From: a virus
Taxonomy: Duplodnaviria > Caudoviricetes
Strand: one strand, 5' to 3'
Length of the DNA: 64,000 nt
IMG/VR virus record: IMGVR_UViG_3300037991_006036
Coordinates: 32,001 to 96,000 of that record
Shown here: positions 9,710-17,614 of the stretch, one piece after another
Layout: each line of letters begins with the position of its first letter
Position numbering within the stretch: position 1 is the stretch's first letter
Notes under the pieces: model-generated
Database searches by the model: none
What the model saw: only the letters and a program-made list of their open reading frames with translations
What the model was told of the DNA's origin: nothing
Made by a program: the position numbers and the translations under genes

Positions 9710-10132
9710 CTATCTTATAAATAGTACCAAAATAGTAGTTAAGATTGCTGCACCACATCCTGCTCCTAACCATCGTTGATTACGTTTGAGCTTTTCGTTT
9801 TGCTTTTGCAGATCTTCTAATCCGGTAACATATATGTTGATCTTTTGAGATTGAGCATCAACTTGTTTTCTACACAATATTGATTTTTCTGTGCTTTGTT
9901 TTATTAGACTATCTTGTTTTGCTATTTTTTCGTTAGCTAAATCTAATGCTCTATTTGTCCAGTCAAGTATTTCAGTACAATGATCATACTTAATTAAATC
10001 TTCTGCTATCTGTTGTGCTATGTTATATGGTAAAACTACAACAGAATCTTCACTACTTCTTGTATCGGTTTGCGAAAAACTCGTCAAGGTCAGTAACAGT
10101 AAAACGCTCAATATTGTTAAGATCTTCTTCAT
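9710..10132 (-). CDS. Secreted coiled-coil protein with C-terminal hydrophobic anchor; candidate spanin partner
   Basis: Probable start 10132 gives signal peptide MKKILTILSVLLLLTLTSFS|Q; coiled coil; C-terminal WLGAGCGAAILTTILVLFIR; overlaps the upstream membrane gene out of frame. Confidence 0.55.
   Translation of the reverse strand: MKKILTILSVLLLLTLTSFSQTDTRSSEDSVVVLPYNIAQQIAEDLIKYDHCTEILDWTNRALDLANEKIAKQDSLIKQSTEKSILCRKQVDAQSQKINIYVTGLEDLQKQNEKLKRNQRWLGAGCGAAILTTILVLFIR
9716..9723 (-). promoter_or_regulatory. Late promoter-like motif TATTTATA (terminase)
   Basis: 7 nt before the terminase ATG, embedded in the upstream gene's last codons. Confidence 0.65.
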
Positions 10133-10409
10133 GTTGGTTTTGTATTTGTGTAATTTTAGTTTCAGTTGCATCAATTTGAATATCTAAAGCTGATATGTCT
10201 TCTTGATACGCTGTTATGATACTGTCTTTTTCAAACTGTCGATACTCCAATACAGATATCATATTTGTAAGACTATCAACAATTTGCTGATTTTCTTTTG
10301 TTAATCCGGTATTGCTTGTGGGTTGAGGTTTGACAAAATACCATGTAATGAACACAACTACAGCGGTGTATAGTGCCAGGAAGATAAGATGGAATTTGTT
10401 TAAAGTCAT
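10053..10409 (-). CDS. N-terminally anchored coiled-coil membrane protein; candidate i-spanin
   Basis: TM segment LIFLALYTAVVVFITWYFV followed by a periplasmic-type coiled coil. Confidence 0.55.
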   Translation of the reverse strand: MTLNKFHLIFLALYTAVVVFITWYFVKPQPTSNTGLTKENQQIVDSLTNMISVLEYRQFEKDSIITAYQEDISALDIQIDATETKITQIQNQHEEDLNNIERFTVTDLDEFFANRYKK

Positions 10410-10424
10410 AACTTATTATTAATT

Positions 10425-11828
10425 CTACTCGCTTTTAGCTTTGTAGTTTTTGTCTACGTAGTTAAAGAATTCCTTTTTCTTTTTGTCGTTTTTTAAATCG
10501 GCTGGTGAGCTTATGTCAAACTTCTTCAAAGCAGATTTAAAAAACTTTTGGTATTCAGTATCTTCTTTTAATCGCTTTACGATTGATTCTGTTTTTGCGT
10601 TCATTTTATTTTCGTTTATGGTACCTCCTAAATGATCCACCATTTCTTTGGTAAATTCTTCTAATTCTTGATCGTTGAGTTTTCTATATACTTTCTCGCG
10701 TAAATGTTTAATGAGTTTGGATGCTTCATCTAAACCTCTACCTTCATTAATAGGCTGACCATCGTCGTGATATGCTCCAGGCATATCCTCTTCATCATGT
10801 TTTTGCTCTTTGTCAGCATCATAAAATTTATCATTCTCGCTTAGTCCAGATGCGAGTTTTTCTAACCTTTCACGTTCTTGTTCTAGTGCTTGCAAGGTTT
10901 CGTCTGTTAAAGGCTCACCAAATCCACCAGTTTCTGTCTCAATTTGTTTATCAATAACTGCTATTTGTTTTCGAATAGCATTCTTATCTATATCCTCATT
11001 AAGTGACTCACTAACTCTTTTTCCCAACATTCCTAATCTTTCTAAATCTCTCAAATCTTTTATATACTCATCTGTTGTTGCAAGAATTGCTCCCATCTTA
11101 TCGTTTTGATCTTCGCCACCAAAAAAGTTAAGTTCAGTCACTCTTGGATTGAAGTTTTCTCCTCCCGGCTTATCTTTAAAGTTGGAGTTGTAATATTGAG
11201 TTTGATGTACTCCAAATGTTTGTCCAGAAGTTTCTGTAAATGTGTGATATTGAACATGCACAAACATTGGAGCATATTGTCCCATTCTTTTTTTGATTGG
11301 ACTATTATCACTAGCTTGTAAATTCGCTTTAGCTTTTGACATACTCTTTACAGCGTTTGGAAAGTATTTTGTAATAAATTCCATATCCTCGCTATCAGGC
11401 TTCTCACTTGCCATATCTGATATTAGCTTTGCGCCTGAGAAGTTGTTGTCTGTGTATTCTTTTAATGAATCCTTATCCATCATGCCATGCTTCTTCATAA
11501 GATCAGCTAACTTTTTTAAAGTTTCTTTATCTTTAGTAGATAACATTTTCAACTGTCTTTCTCTTTCTAACGCTTTCAATGCAGCTCCATAAGCTGATGT
11601 AGATTCGTCAACTTTTTGAGGTAATCCTTTATGTTTAGTTGAAGCATACTTATCTACATCTTTTTTTGTCATATCCTTAGCAGCATCTCCAGCTTTTCCT
11701 TTTTTAGGAATATCACCTTTTTGCATAGCCTTTACTACTCCAAAGAATTTTTGCTGTTGCTTAGATACAGCTTTTTCTTTGACCATAGCTTTTACAGTGT
11801 TTTCTATTAATGCATCTAATTTTTTCAT
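10425..11828 (-). CDS. Multi-module candidate internal head polyprotein with DUF3008-like module
   Basis: AVSKQQQKFFG...DVDKYASTKHKGLPQKV resembles DUF3008; modules are separated by VKE, VDE, LKE, LNE, LSE, INE, INE, LKE. Confidence 0.65.
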   Translation of the reverse strand: MKKLDALIENTVKAMVKEKAVSKQQQKFFGVVKAMQKGDIPKKGKAGDAAKDMTKKDVDKYASTKHKGLPQKVDESTSAYGAALKALERERQLKMLSTKDKETLKKLADLMKKHGMMDKDSLKEYTDNNFSGAKLISDMASEKPDSEDMEFITKYFPNAVKSMSKAKANLQASDNSPIKKRMGQYAPMFVHVQYHTFTETSGQTFGVHQTQYYNSNFKDKPGGENFNPRVTELNFFGGEDQNDKMGAILATTDEYIKDLRDLERLGMLGKRVSESLNEDIDKNAIRKQIAVIDKQIETETGGFGEPLTDETLQALEQERERLEKLASGLSENDKFYDADKEQKHDEEDMPGAYHDDGQPINEGRGLDEASKLIKHLREKVYRKLNDQELEEFTKEMVDHLGGTINENKMNAKTESIVKRLKEDTEYQKFFKSALKKFDISSPADLKNDKKKKEFFNYVDKNYKAKSE

Positions 11829-12229
11829 CGTAGACTATCTTCTTTTACTCTTTGTAGAATTGTTAATTTGTCTTGGTTTCCGTAACCAAAACTTTCTAAC
11901 ATATCAACTACTATTGCAACTATATCAGTCTGATCTACTTCAGCAGTAGCATCTTTGAGTTTTTTAATATACAGATCAGTAAGTTCTTGTAATTCTTCAT
12001 CAAGACCTGGCTCATCCTCTTCTCCTGCTTCTGGATCTTCGGTAGGCTCCTCAGTTGGTTCCTCGGCTGGTTCTTCTGCAGGCTCCTCTGTAGGTTCTTC
12101 AGTAGGCTCTTCTTCTGGAGTTTCTTCTTCCGGTGCACCTCCTGCTCCTTCATTAACTACATTGTAAAGCTCACGTCTTATAAGTTCACGAATCAATGCT
12201 TTTTGTAATTGTTTTTTTGTGTACTTCAT
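11825..12229 (-). CDS. Acidic hypothetical protein with EEP[T/A] repeats; candidate internal head protein
   Basis: 134 aa; leader ...LIRELIRRELYNVVNE followed by a Glu/Pro linker. Confidence 0.7.
   Translation of the reverse strand: MKYTKKQLQKALIRELIRRELYNVVNEGAGGAPEEETPEEEPTEEPTEEPAEEPAEEPTEEPTEDPEAGEEDEPGLDEELQELTDLYIKKLKDATAEVDQTDIVAIVVDMLESFGYGNQDKLTILQRVKEDSLR
12029..12112 (-). repeat. 12-bp-period coding tandem repeat (about 7 EEPT/EEPA units)
   Basis: Encodes EEPTEEPTEEPAEEPAEEPTEEPTEDPE with synonymous variation between units. Confidence 0.85.
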
Positions 12230-12633
12230 TTTATTGCATTTTTAAACTTCACATCTTCTCCAGAGAAATTCTTCTTGTCTTCTGAGTCAAACATTATACC
12301 TTCAAGAGTAGCGTATCCGTCTTTCTCTTTTTTTACAATTTTGCAAATTGTTGCATCTAATTTTTCTAATCCGTTTAACACATAAACTAATCCAAACATG
12401 CAATATTTTTTAGAGCATTTAGCGACAATATATGCTTTAGATACTACAAGACCCATATCACCAAAATTAGTAAGATCTGCTGTGTATATCTTTACGTCAT
12501 CCTTTACTCCAACGTAATCAAATAATACATCATATCCGTCGTTAAGTTCTGCAAACTTGCGAACGTAATCTACCCACTCTGTTCCGTCGTTTTCATTTAT
12601 TGGTTGTAGTGGTAATAAGTCTTTTAATTTCAT
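12226..12633 (-). CDS. Hypothetical protein; candidate internal head protein
   Basis: 135 aa; leader MKLKDLLPLQPINE. Confidence 0.7.
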   Translation of the reverse strand: MKLKDLLPLQPINENDGTEWVDYVRKFAELNDGYDVLFDYVGVKDDVKIYTADLTNFGDMGLVVSKAYIVAKCSKKYCMFGLVYVLNGLEKLDATICKIVKKEKDGYATLEGIMFDSEDKKNFSGEDVKFKNAIK

Positions 12634-12636
12634 AGT

Positions 12637-13527
12637 TTATATTTTAATTCCAGCTCTGTGTTGGAATGTTTCTTTTAAGTGTGATTCTACGTCTTGGCTG
12701 TAGGGTGGTAAAACATCTGCAGTTCCTTTGTTTAGATGCCCTACAACATCTTTCACTTTTTCTGCATCAATAACTGGCATATCTTTTCTTTCTGGAGCAC
12801 CTTGCATTTTTTGTTTTACAAGTTTTCCGGCATTGTCTGCCATTATGGCCATTCCTTTTTCTGAATCTCCATTTGCTCCTGGAACCTTTCCTAATGCTAT
12901 TTTTACTTCTTCAGGTGACAGATGAGGCCATTGTTTCAATCCTTGTTCTGTACCGTCTTTTAAAGCATATTTAATTGCATTTTGTACTTTGTCTCCAGTA
13001 AAGTTTGCTACATCACCCTTTCCTTTATTTCCTACATCAATACCTAACTTACCTTTTGTCATAGCATTAAGAGCTGATATAAGTTGTTGGCCTGGCAAAT
13101 CCAATTTTGTTACAGCTACTTTTGCACTTGGTGATAATAATGTTGCTGCTGCCCATCTATGGTGTCCATCCATAATAAAGTCGTCTTTAGACACGATAGC
13201 TTCCATGTTTGCTAAGTCAGGAGCACCATTTTTTGCTTTAACTTCTTTGAAATCGTTAAAAGCATATCCTAAAGCAAATGCTACTGCTTTTGATACAATC
13301 ACTTCTTTTTGTGCAGGCTTGAGTTGACTTACTGGGATTGCATCAGGACCTCCATCGATAACATCATCCTCTTTATTGCCATCATCTAATCCACCTCCGA
13401 TTGCATCTCCTGCTAGATCTTTATCCATCTTACTTAGACCAATTGCTTTTGGATTGTTGAATACATCCGCTTCAGATAAAATATCTTTACGCATATTATT
13501 GATAGTATTACCTAACGACTTCTTCAT
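12637..13527 (-). CDS. ParB/sulfiredoxin-like domain protein
   Basis: IPVSQLKPAQ...AIVSKDDFIMDGHHRWAA. Probable start is ATG 13527, 3 nt after a late motif (ORF track start 13560). Confidence 0.75.
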   Translation of the reverse strand: MKKSLGNTINNMRKDILSEADVFNNPKAIGLSKMDKDLAGDAIGGGLDDGNKEDDVIDGGPDAIPVSQLKPAQKEVIVSKAVAFALGYAFNDFKEVKAKNGAPDLANMEAIVSKDDFIMDGHHRWAAATLLSPSAKVAVTKLDLPGQQLISALNAMTKGKLGIDVGNKGKGDVANFTGDKVQNAIKYALKDGTEQGLKQWPHLSPEEVKIALGKVPGANGDSEKGMAIMADNAGKLVKQKMQGAPERKDMPVIDAEKVKDVVGHLNKGTADVLPPYSQDVESHLKETFQHRAGIKI

Positions 13528-13530
13528 ACT

Positions 13531-13538
13531 TATAAATA
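13531..13538 (-). promoter_or_regulatory. Late promoter-like motif TATTTATA
   Basis: 3 nt before ATG 13527. Confidence 0.6.
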
Positions 13539-14012
13539 TTACCATTTTCTGCAAGACCAATATCTTGCTTTAGTTTTTGGTCCTGGATTATCGCAATTGT
13601 GTCTTGCTCTGAAAGACTTACGTCGGTTAGGATTGCTTTTTTTAATTTTCATTCCTTTTTGACCAAAATTGACTTTTTTTGCTTTTATAGTACCGTCTGC
13701 ATTCTTTTTGCCTGAGTTGACAAATACCTTGAATTTTTTCACGTCACCACGCATAATCTTGTTTAGCTTTACTGTACGACCAGCGTACTTAGCTTCTTGA
13801 AAAACTACCGGTTCAGAGTGTTCGACTATTTCTAATCTTAAACTCTCATTTTGATATACAACAGTTTCTTTTGCATTAATTCTCTTTCCAGCTTTGACTG
13901 CAGCTTTGTATGCTTTAGATCCTTTAGGAGATGATTTTTCTCCTCGAGCTTTTTTAGCTCTGATGTTGTGCCACAATCCTTTATTCTCCTTTAGGTTGTT
14001 TTTCTTCTCCAT
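13539..14012 (-). CDS. Highly basic phage protein (GLWxNI module plus RRKSFRARHNC...ARYWSC module)
   Basis: Lys/Arg-rich; the two modules are preceded by LKE and FQE respectively; ATG at 14012. Confidence 0.7.
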   Translation of the reverse strand: MEKKNNLKENKGLWHNIRAKKARGEKSSPKGSKAYKAAVKAGKRINAKETVVYQNESLRLEIVEHSEPVVFQEAKYAGRTVKLNKIMRGDVKKFKVFVNSGKKNADGTIKAKKVNFGQKGMKIKKSNPNRRKSFRARHNCDNPGPKTKARYWSCRKW

Positions 14013-14514
14013 CAATTTTATCTTTTAACTTACCGACAATTTCTTCTAACTTTTCTATCTCTTTGTCGATATATTCGCTCATAATTTTATTGTCGGGATT
14101 AGCCCATTTTTCAATTTTTCCTTTTTCTGAAACATGTGTGTTTTCAGCTGAGCTTTCCTTAAATTCCTGCAAGCCAGCTTTAACCTCTTTTAAATACGTT
14201 TTAGCATTTTCATACTTTTTCTTCGCATTAAATTCTTTTTTTAGCCCTTTCGCTCTCAACTTATGTTGATCCCAAACAACACAATCAAAACACTTACGAT
14301 CAGTTTTCCAAAACTTGGCATCTAATCGATTATTCATTTTCTTACCACAACATGGACATGCTAAAGGAACCAAAAAGTCTTTTCTAGCTTTATCCATTTT
14401 TGTAACTGTTCTTTTTATGCCGTTTTTAATTGTCCATGTTTTACCACTTTCTTCCCAAATATCACCCTCTACACGCTCGACATATTTTTTTCTTGTAACC
14501 TTAATTTTTTTCAT
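13981..14514 (-). CDS. Hypothetical zinc-finger protein
   Basis: CPCC...CFDC motifs, 177 aa. Confidence 0.7.
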   Translation of the reverse strand: MKKIKVTRKKYVERVEGDIWEESGKTWTIKNGIKRTVTKMDKARKDFLVPLACPCCGKKMNNRLDAKFWKTDRKCFDCVVWDQHKLRAKGLKKEFNAKKKYENAKTYLKEVKAGLQEFKESSAENTHVSEKGKIEKWANPDNKIMSEYIDKEIEKLEEIVGKLKDKIDGEEKQPKGE

Positions 14515-14813
14515 TATCGTGCTTTTGCATTAAATTTTTCTAACACTTCTTCTACTCTCTTATCAAACTTTCTCAAAGCTCTACGTAGTTCTAATTTCAT
14601 AGCTTCTGCAAGTTTCTTTTCTTCATCCTTGTCAGCTACTGTTCTGTAAAACTCTTTACCTCCTACAGATGACATTGTTATAGTGAATGAGAATTCTGGC
14701 TTGCCATCCTCTCCTACCTCAGAGAATTGAGGGTCGTAATGTAACGTCATATTTGTGTTTGGTGACGTTGCAATTGCTTCTTTTTTTTCGCTTAAAAGTT
14801 TTTTTAATTCCAT
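14514..14813 (-). CDS. Hypothetical protein; candidate internal head protein
   Basis: 99 aa; leader MELKKLLSE; translationally coupled to neighbours. Confidence 0.7.
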   Translation of the reverse strand: MELKKLLSEKKEAIATSPNTNMTLHYDPQFSEVGEDGKPEFSFTITMSSVGGKEFYRTVADKDEEKKLAEAMKLELRRALRKFDKRVEEVLEKFNAKAR

Positions 14814-17074
14814 TATCTTCCGAATTTTAAATATCCTAATATTTGATTCACTGGTGCAAACGCTCCAGTTAATTTGTACAGTTTTCCTTTGTGTTTAAAC
14901 ACTATACCTTCTGATGGCACGATAGCATCAAATCCTCCAATCTTTTCTAATCTTTTTAGTTGAGTTTTGAGAAAACGTAAAGGTGCATCATCGTCTTGTA
15001 ATTTGTCATTACTAGCTTTTGCCTTTAATTGCTCGATTGCACTTGCCAATTCTCTTTTCATCTTAGCTACAGAGTCGTTTGGATTAATTGCTACTAAACC
15101 TTCTAACCCCTTCAACACAAAAACTCCTAATTTTAAAAAGATGTCTTCTATTGGTTCTACTGCTATTTTTTTCTGATCACGTACACCACCACCTTTGTCC
15201 ATATCGTTAAACCATTGTAAAAACTCAGGGTTATCTATAGACTTTTTTAATATTCTTAGATTTGGATCTTTTGATCCAAAAGCCCATCTGTTAATTATAT
15301 TTTGAAGTACATCGTCTGGTATATCGTATTTGTAAGTTTTAGCATTATTTTTGATAAAACTAGACCAAAAGTTTTGAAAATATAATCCAAGTTTATCGCT
15401 TTTTGTTAGTTGGTATTTACCTCTGACGTTGTTAAGGTCTTTGATTAGTTGTTCTTTTTGATCTTCGTAATCTTCAGTCTTTTTGAGATCAACTAAGTCT
15501 GTAGCTCTTATTTCGTATGTATCTTGTTTTGATGCTTCAACTCGATCCAATGCTTGTTGTATTTTTGAAGGAGCTTCGCTATCACTTCCAATAACATTTC
15601 CGTTTTCGTCATACTCTTGAACATTATGCATTCTTAGCTGAGTTACACCATAAGCAGCTACATTTTCGCTAGCTGGATGTAACAACTCCATATTTACAAA
15701 CTTAGTACCATTTGCAAAAAATTCTTCTTTTTCTGTTGGATTAAGTTTAGATATAGCGTCAGTCATATCTTGCATTGCATCAAGAAATGCGTTACGAACA
15801 TTGTCTGGTAGATGCTGCATTGACTTTTCCATATCTGTTTTAGTCATTGCTTTTTCTGCTCCATTTTTCAATTGTCCTTTATTTCTAGCTGATAACACTT
15901 TACCATCTTTGTAAGTTACCATTAAATTTTGACCATCTAATTTTTCTTGAGCATATTCAACTTTACCGCTCAAAGCTGCATCTATCATATCTTCGATATC
16001 ATCAAACGTCATATCCATATCTTCGTATGGATGTGCCATGTGTCCAGCTGCTCCTCCCTCTTTTAAAAGTGTACGACTTTCGTTGACAGCTAAAAGTTCT
16101 GCAGGAGTTTCGATATCTTGAAACGCTGAGGGTGTCAGTGTTTTCTTTAGCATAGGCATTCTAGCCAATAACAAATAGATCACACCTCCAGGCAACACAG
16201 ATGCTGCTGAAAATCCAGCTAACTTTAATACATCTTTTAGTTGATCACCTATGGCTGTTCTTTCTGATTTTGATAATGTTTCACCATTTTTAACTGCGTC
16301 AGCTATCTTGAGAAATGCCACTTTTGTTTCTTGACCTTCTTGTTTTAATTTTTCAATAAATGATTTGAATTTACCTTTAAGTTGGTCAAAATATTTTCGT
16401 AAAACTACTTCATCCAAAGTAGACTGGGAGTGGCCCTCCAGAGTCTTTTTTTTTACGAGTAGATCAAATATGTCTCTAAGTTGTGAATCTGAAGTTACAC
16501 TTGGATAGTTTGTTTTGAAGTTATCGTAATCGTTTGCAGATAAATCAGATCTAAGCTGAGAAGCGGAGATTGGTTTACCGTTTTGGTCATCTGTTCTTTT
16601 TTTATAAAAAAGCGGTCTTGATTTGTCCAACGGTAATTCAACAACATCTACACCATCTTTGTGATATTTGCCATCTGCCTGATGTTGATCTACAAAACCA
16701 CGAATACGATCATAATCACTTCCCTTACTACTAGAACCTAACGCGTATGATTCTCCTGGTTGTGCTTTTTCTTCAATATATTTGTAAGCTGTTAGTAGTG
16801 GGCTTGGATATCTTGATCTTTCTACTCTAATGTTTTGAGTTCCAGCTAACAACTTTTCCCACACTTTCTCACTATCTTCGAGTGTAATTCCATCACGCTC
16901 TTTTGGTCCGATAAGAATAACAACCTCCTTTACTTGTGGCATTTCTTCATACCCCTTTGCAAGTGATAAATGACCTTCATGTGGAGGTTTGAATCCTCCA
17001 GGCAACATTACAGTAATTCCCTCTTCAACTTCGTTGAGAATACTTTCAACTAGAAATTTTGATAATTCGTTCAT
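14813..17074 (-). CDS. Three-module protein: HxGH nucleotidyltransferase + LETM1-like domain + KxDG ligase-like nucleotidyltransferase
   Basis: PGGFKPPHEGH and ISASQLR (cytidylyltransferase-like fold); QLKDVLK...LPGG...LTPSAF (LETM1-like); GGAAGHMAHP, EKLDG, EGIVF, YKLTG (DUF6267-like/covalent NTase motifs). Confidence 0.75.
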   Translation of the reverse strand: MNELSKFLVESILNEVEEGITVMLPGGFKPPHEGHLSLAKGYEEMPQVKEVVILIGPKERDGITLEDSEKVWEKLLAGTQNIRVERSRYPSPLLTAYKYIEEKAQPGESYALGSSSKGSDYDRIRGFVDQHQADGKYHKDGVDVVELPLDKSRPLFYKKRTDDQNGKPISASQLRSDLSANDYDNFKTNYPSVTSDSQLRDIFDLLVKKKTLEGHSQSTLDEVVLRKYFDQLKGKFKSFIEKLKQEGQETKVAFLKIADAVKNGETLSKSERTAIGDQLKDVLKLAGFSAASVLPGGVIYLLLARMPMLKKTLTPSAFQDIETPAELLAVNESRTLLKEGGAAGHMAHPYEDMDMTFDDIEDMIDAALSGKVEYAQEKLDGQNLMVTYKDGKVLSARNKGQLKNGAEKAMTKTDMEKSMQHLPDNVRNAFLDAMQDMTDAISKLNPTEKEEFFANGTKFVNMELLHPASENVAAYGVTQLRMHNVQEYDENGNVIGSDSEAPSKIQQALDRVEASKQDTYEIRATDLVDLKKTEDYEDQKEQLIKDLNNVRGKYQLTKSDKLGLYFQNFWSSFIKNNAKTYKYDIPDDVLQNIINRWAFGSKDPNLRILKKSIDNPEFLQWFNDMDKGGGVRDQKKIAVEPIEDIFLKLGVFVLKGLEGLVAINPNDSVAKMKRELASAIEQLKAKASNDKLQDDDAPLRFLKTQLKRLEKIGGFDAIVPSEGIVFKHKGKLYKLTGAFAPVNQILGYLKFGR

Positions 17075-17614
17075 TTATAAAGAGTCTTTTGTATAAATAG
17101 GCTTCGTTTTTACTTTAGCCTTTAATTGAGCAACTTCTTTTGTAAGCTGATCAACTCTATCTAATAATTTTGTAATTATATTAGTAAGCGATTTGTCTTT
17201 TATATTTTCGTTTTTGTATAGATACAAATCCTCCAACACTGCACTACCGTTTACAATCATATCACACTGATCATATTCACCTTCTAATGTGGATTGTCCG
17301 ACGTATAATTTTTCCATAACACGTCTAGATATGATGTCTCTATTTTCAAGATCTTGTGTAATTGGATTATAAGCAAGGTAGTGTGAAATAAAATATATGT
17401 TATCAGATCGGAGTTTAGCATCTGTGTTGGGTGTACCGATTCTTACTAAGTAAGGATTAGTATTATGCTTTGCTTTTATATCAGCAACACTTTCACCACT
17501 CCAGCTTGTATATATATTTTTTAAACGTATCTTACCCAACGTCTCTCCAGTTGCTAATCCTTCGATTGGCTTAAAGGGTACCCTTGTGTTTCTTACTTTA
17601 TCGTTGTTTATCAT
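17075..17614 (-). CDS. Hypothetical tail-associated protein with C-terminal coiled coil
   Basis: 179 aa ending LLDRVDQLTKEVAQLKAK; last gene of a structural operon. Confidence 0.65.
   Translation of the reverse strand: MINNDKVRNTRVPFKPIEGLATGETLGKIRLKNIYTSWSGESVADIKAKHNTNPYLVRIGTPNTDAKLRSDNIYFISHYLAYNPITQDLENRDIISRRVMEKLYVGQSTLEGEYDQCDMIVNGSAVLEDLYLYKNENIKDKSLTNIITKLLDRVDQLTKEVAQLKAKVKTKPIYTKDSL
17092..17099 (-). promoter_or_regulatory. Late promoter-like motif TATTTATA
   Basis: 17 nt before ATG 17074. Confidence 0.65.
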
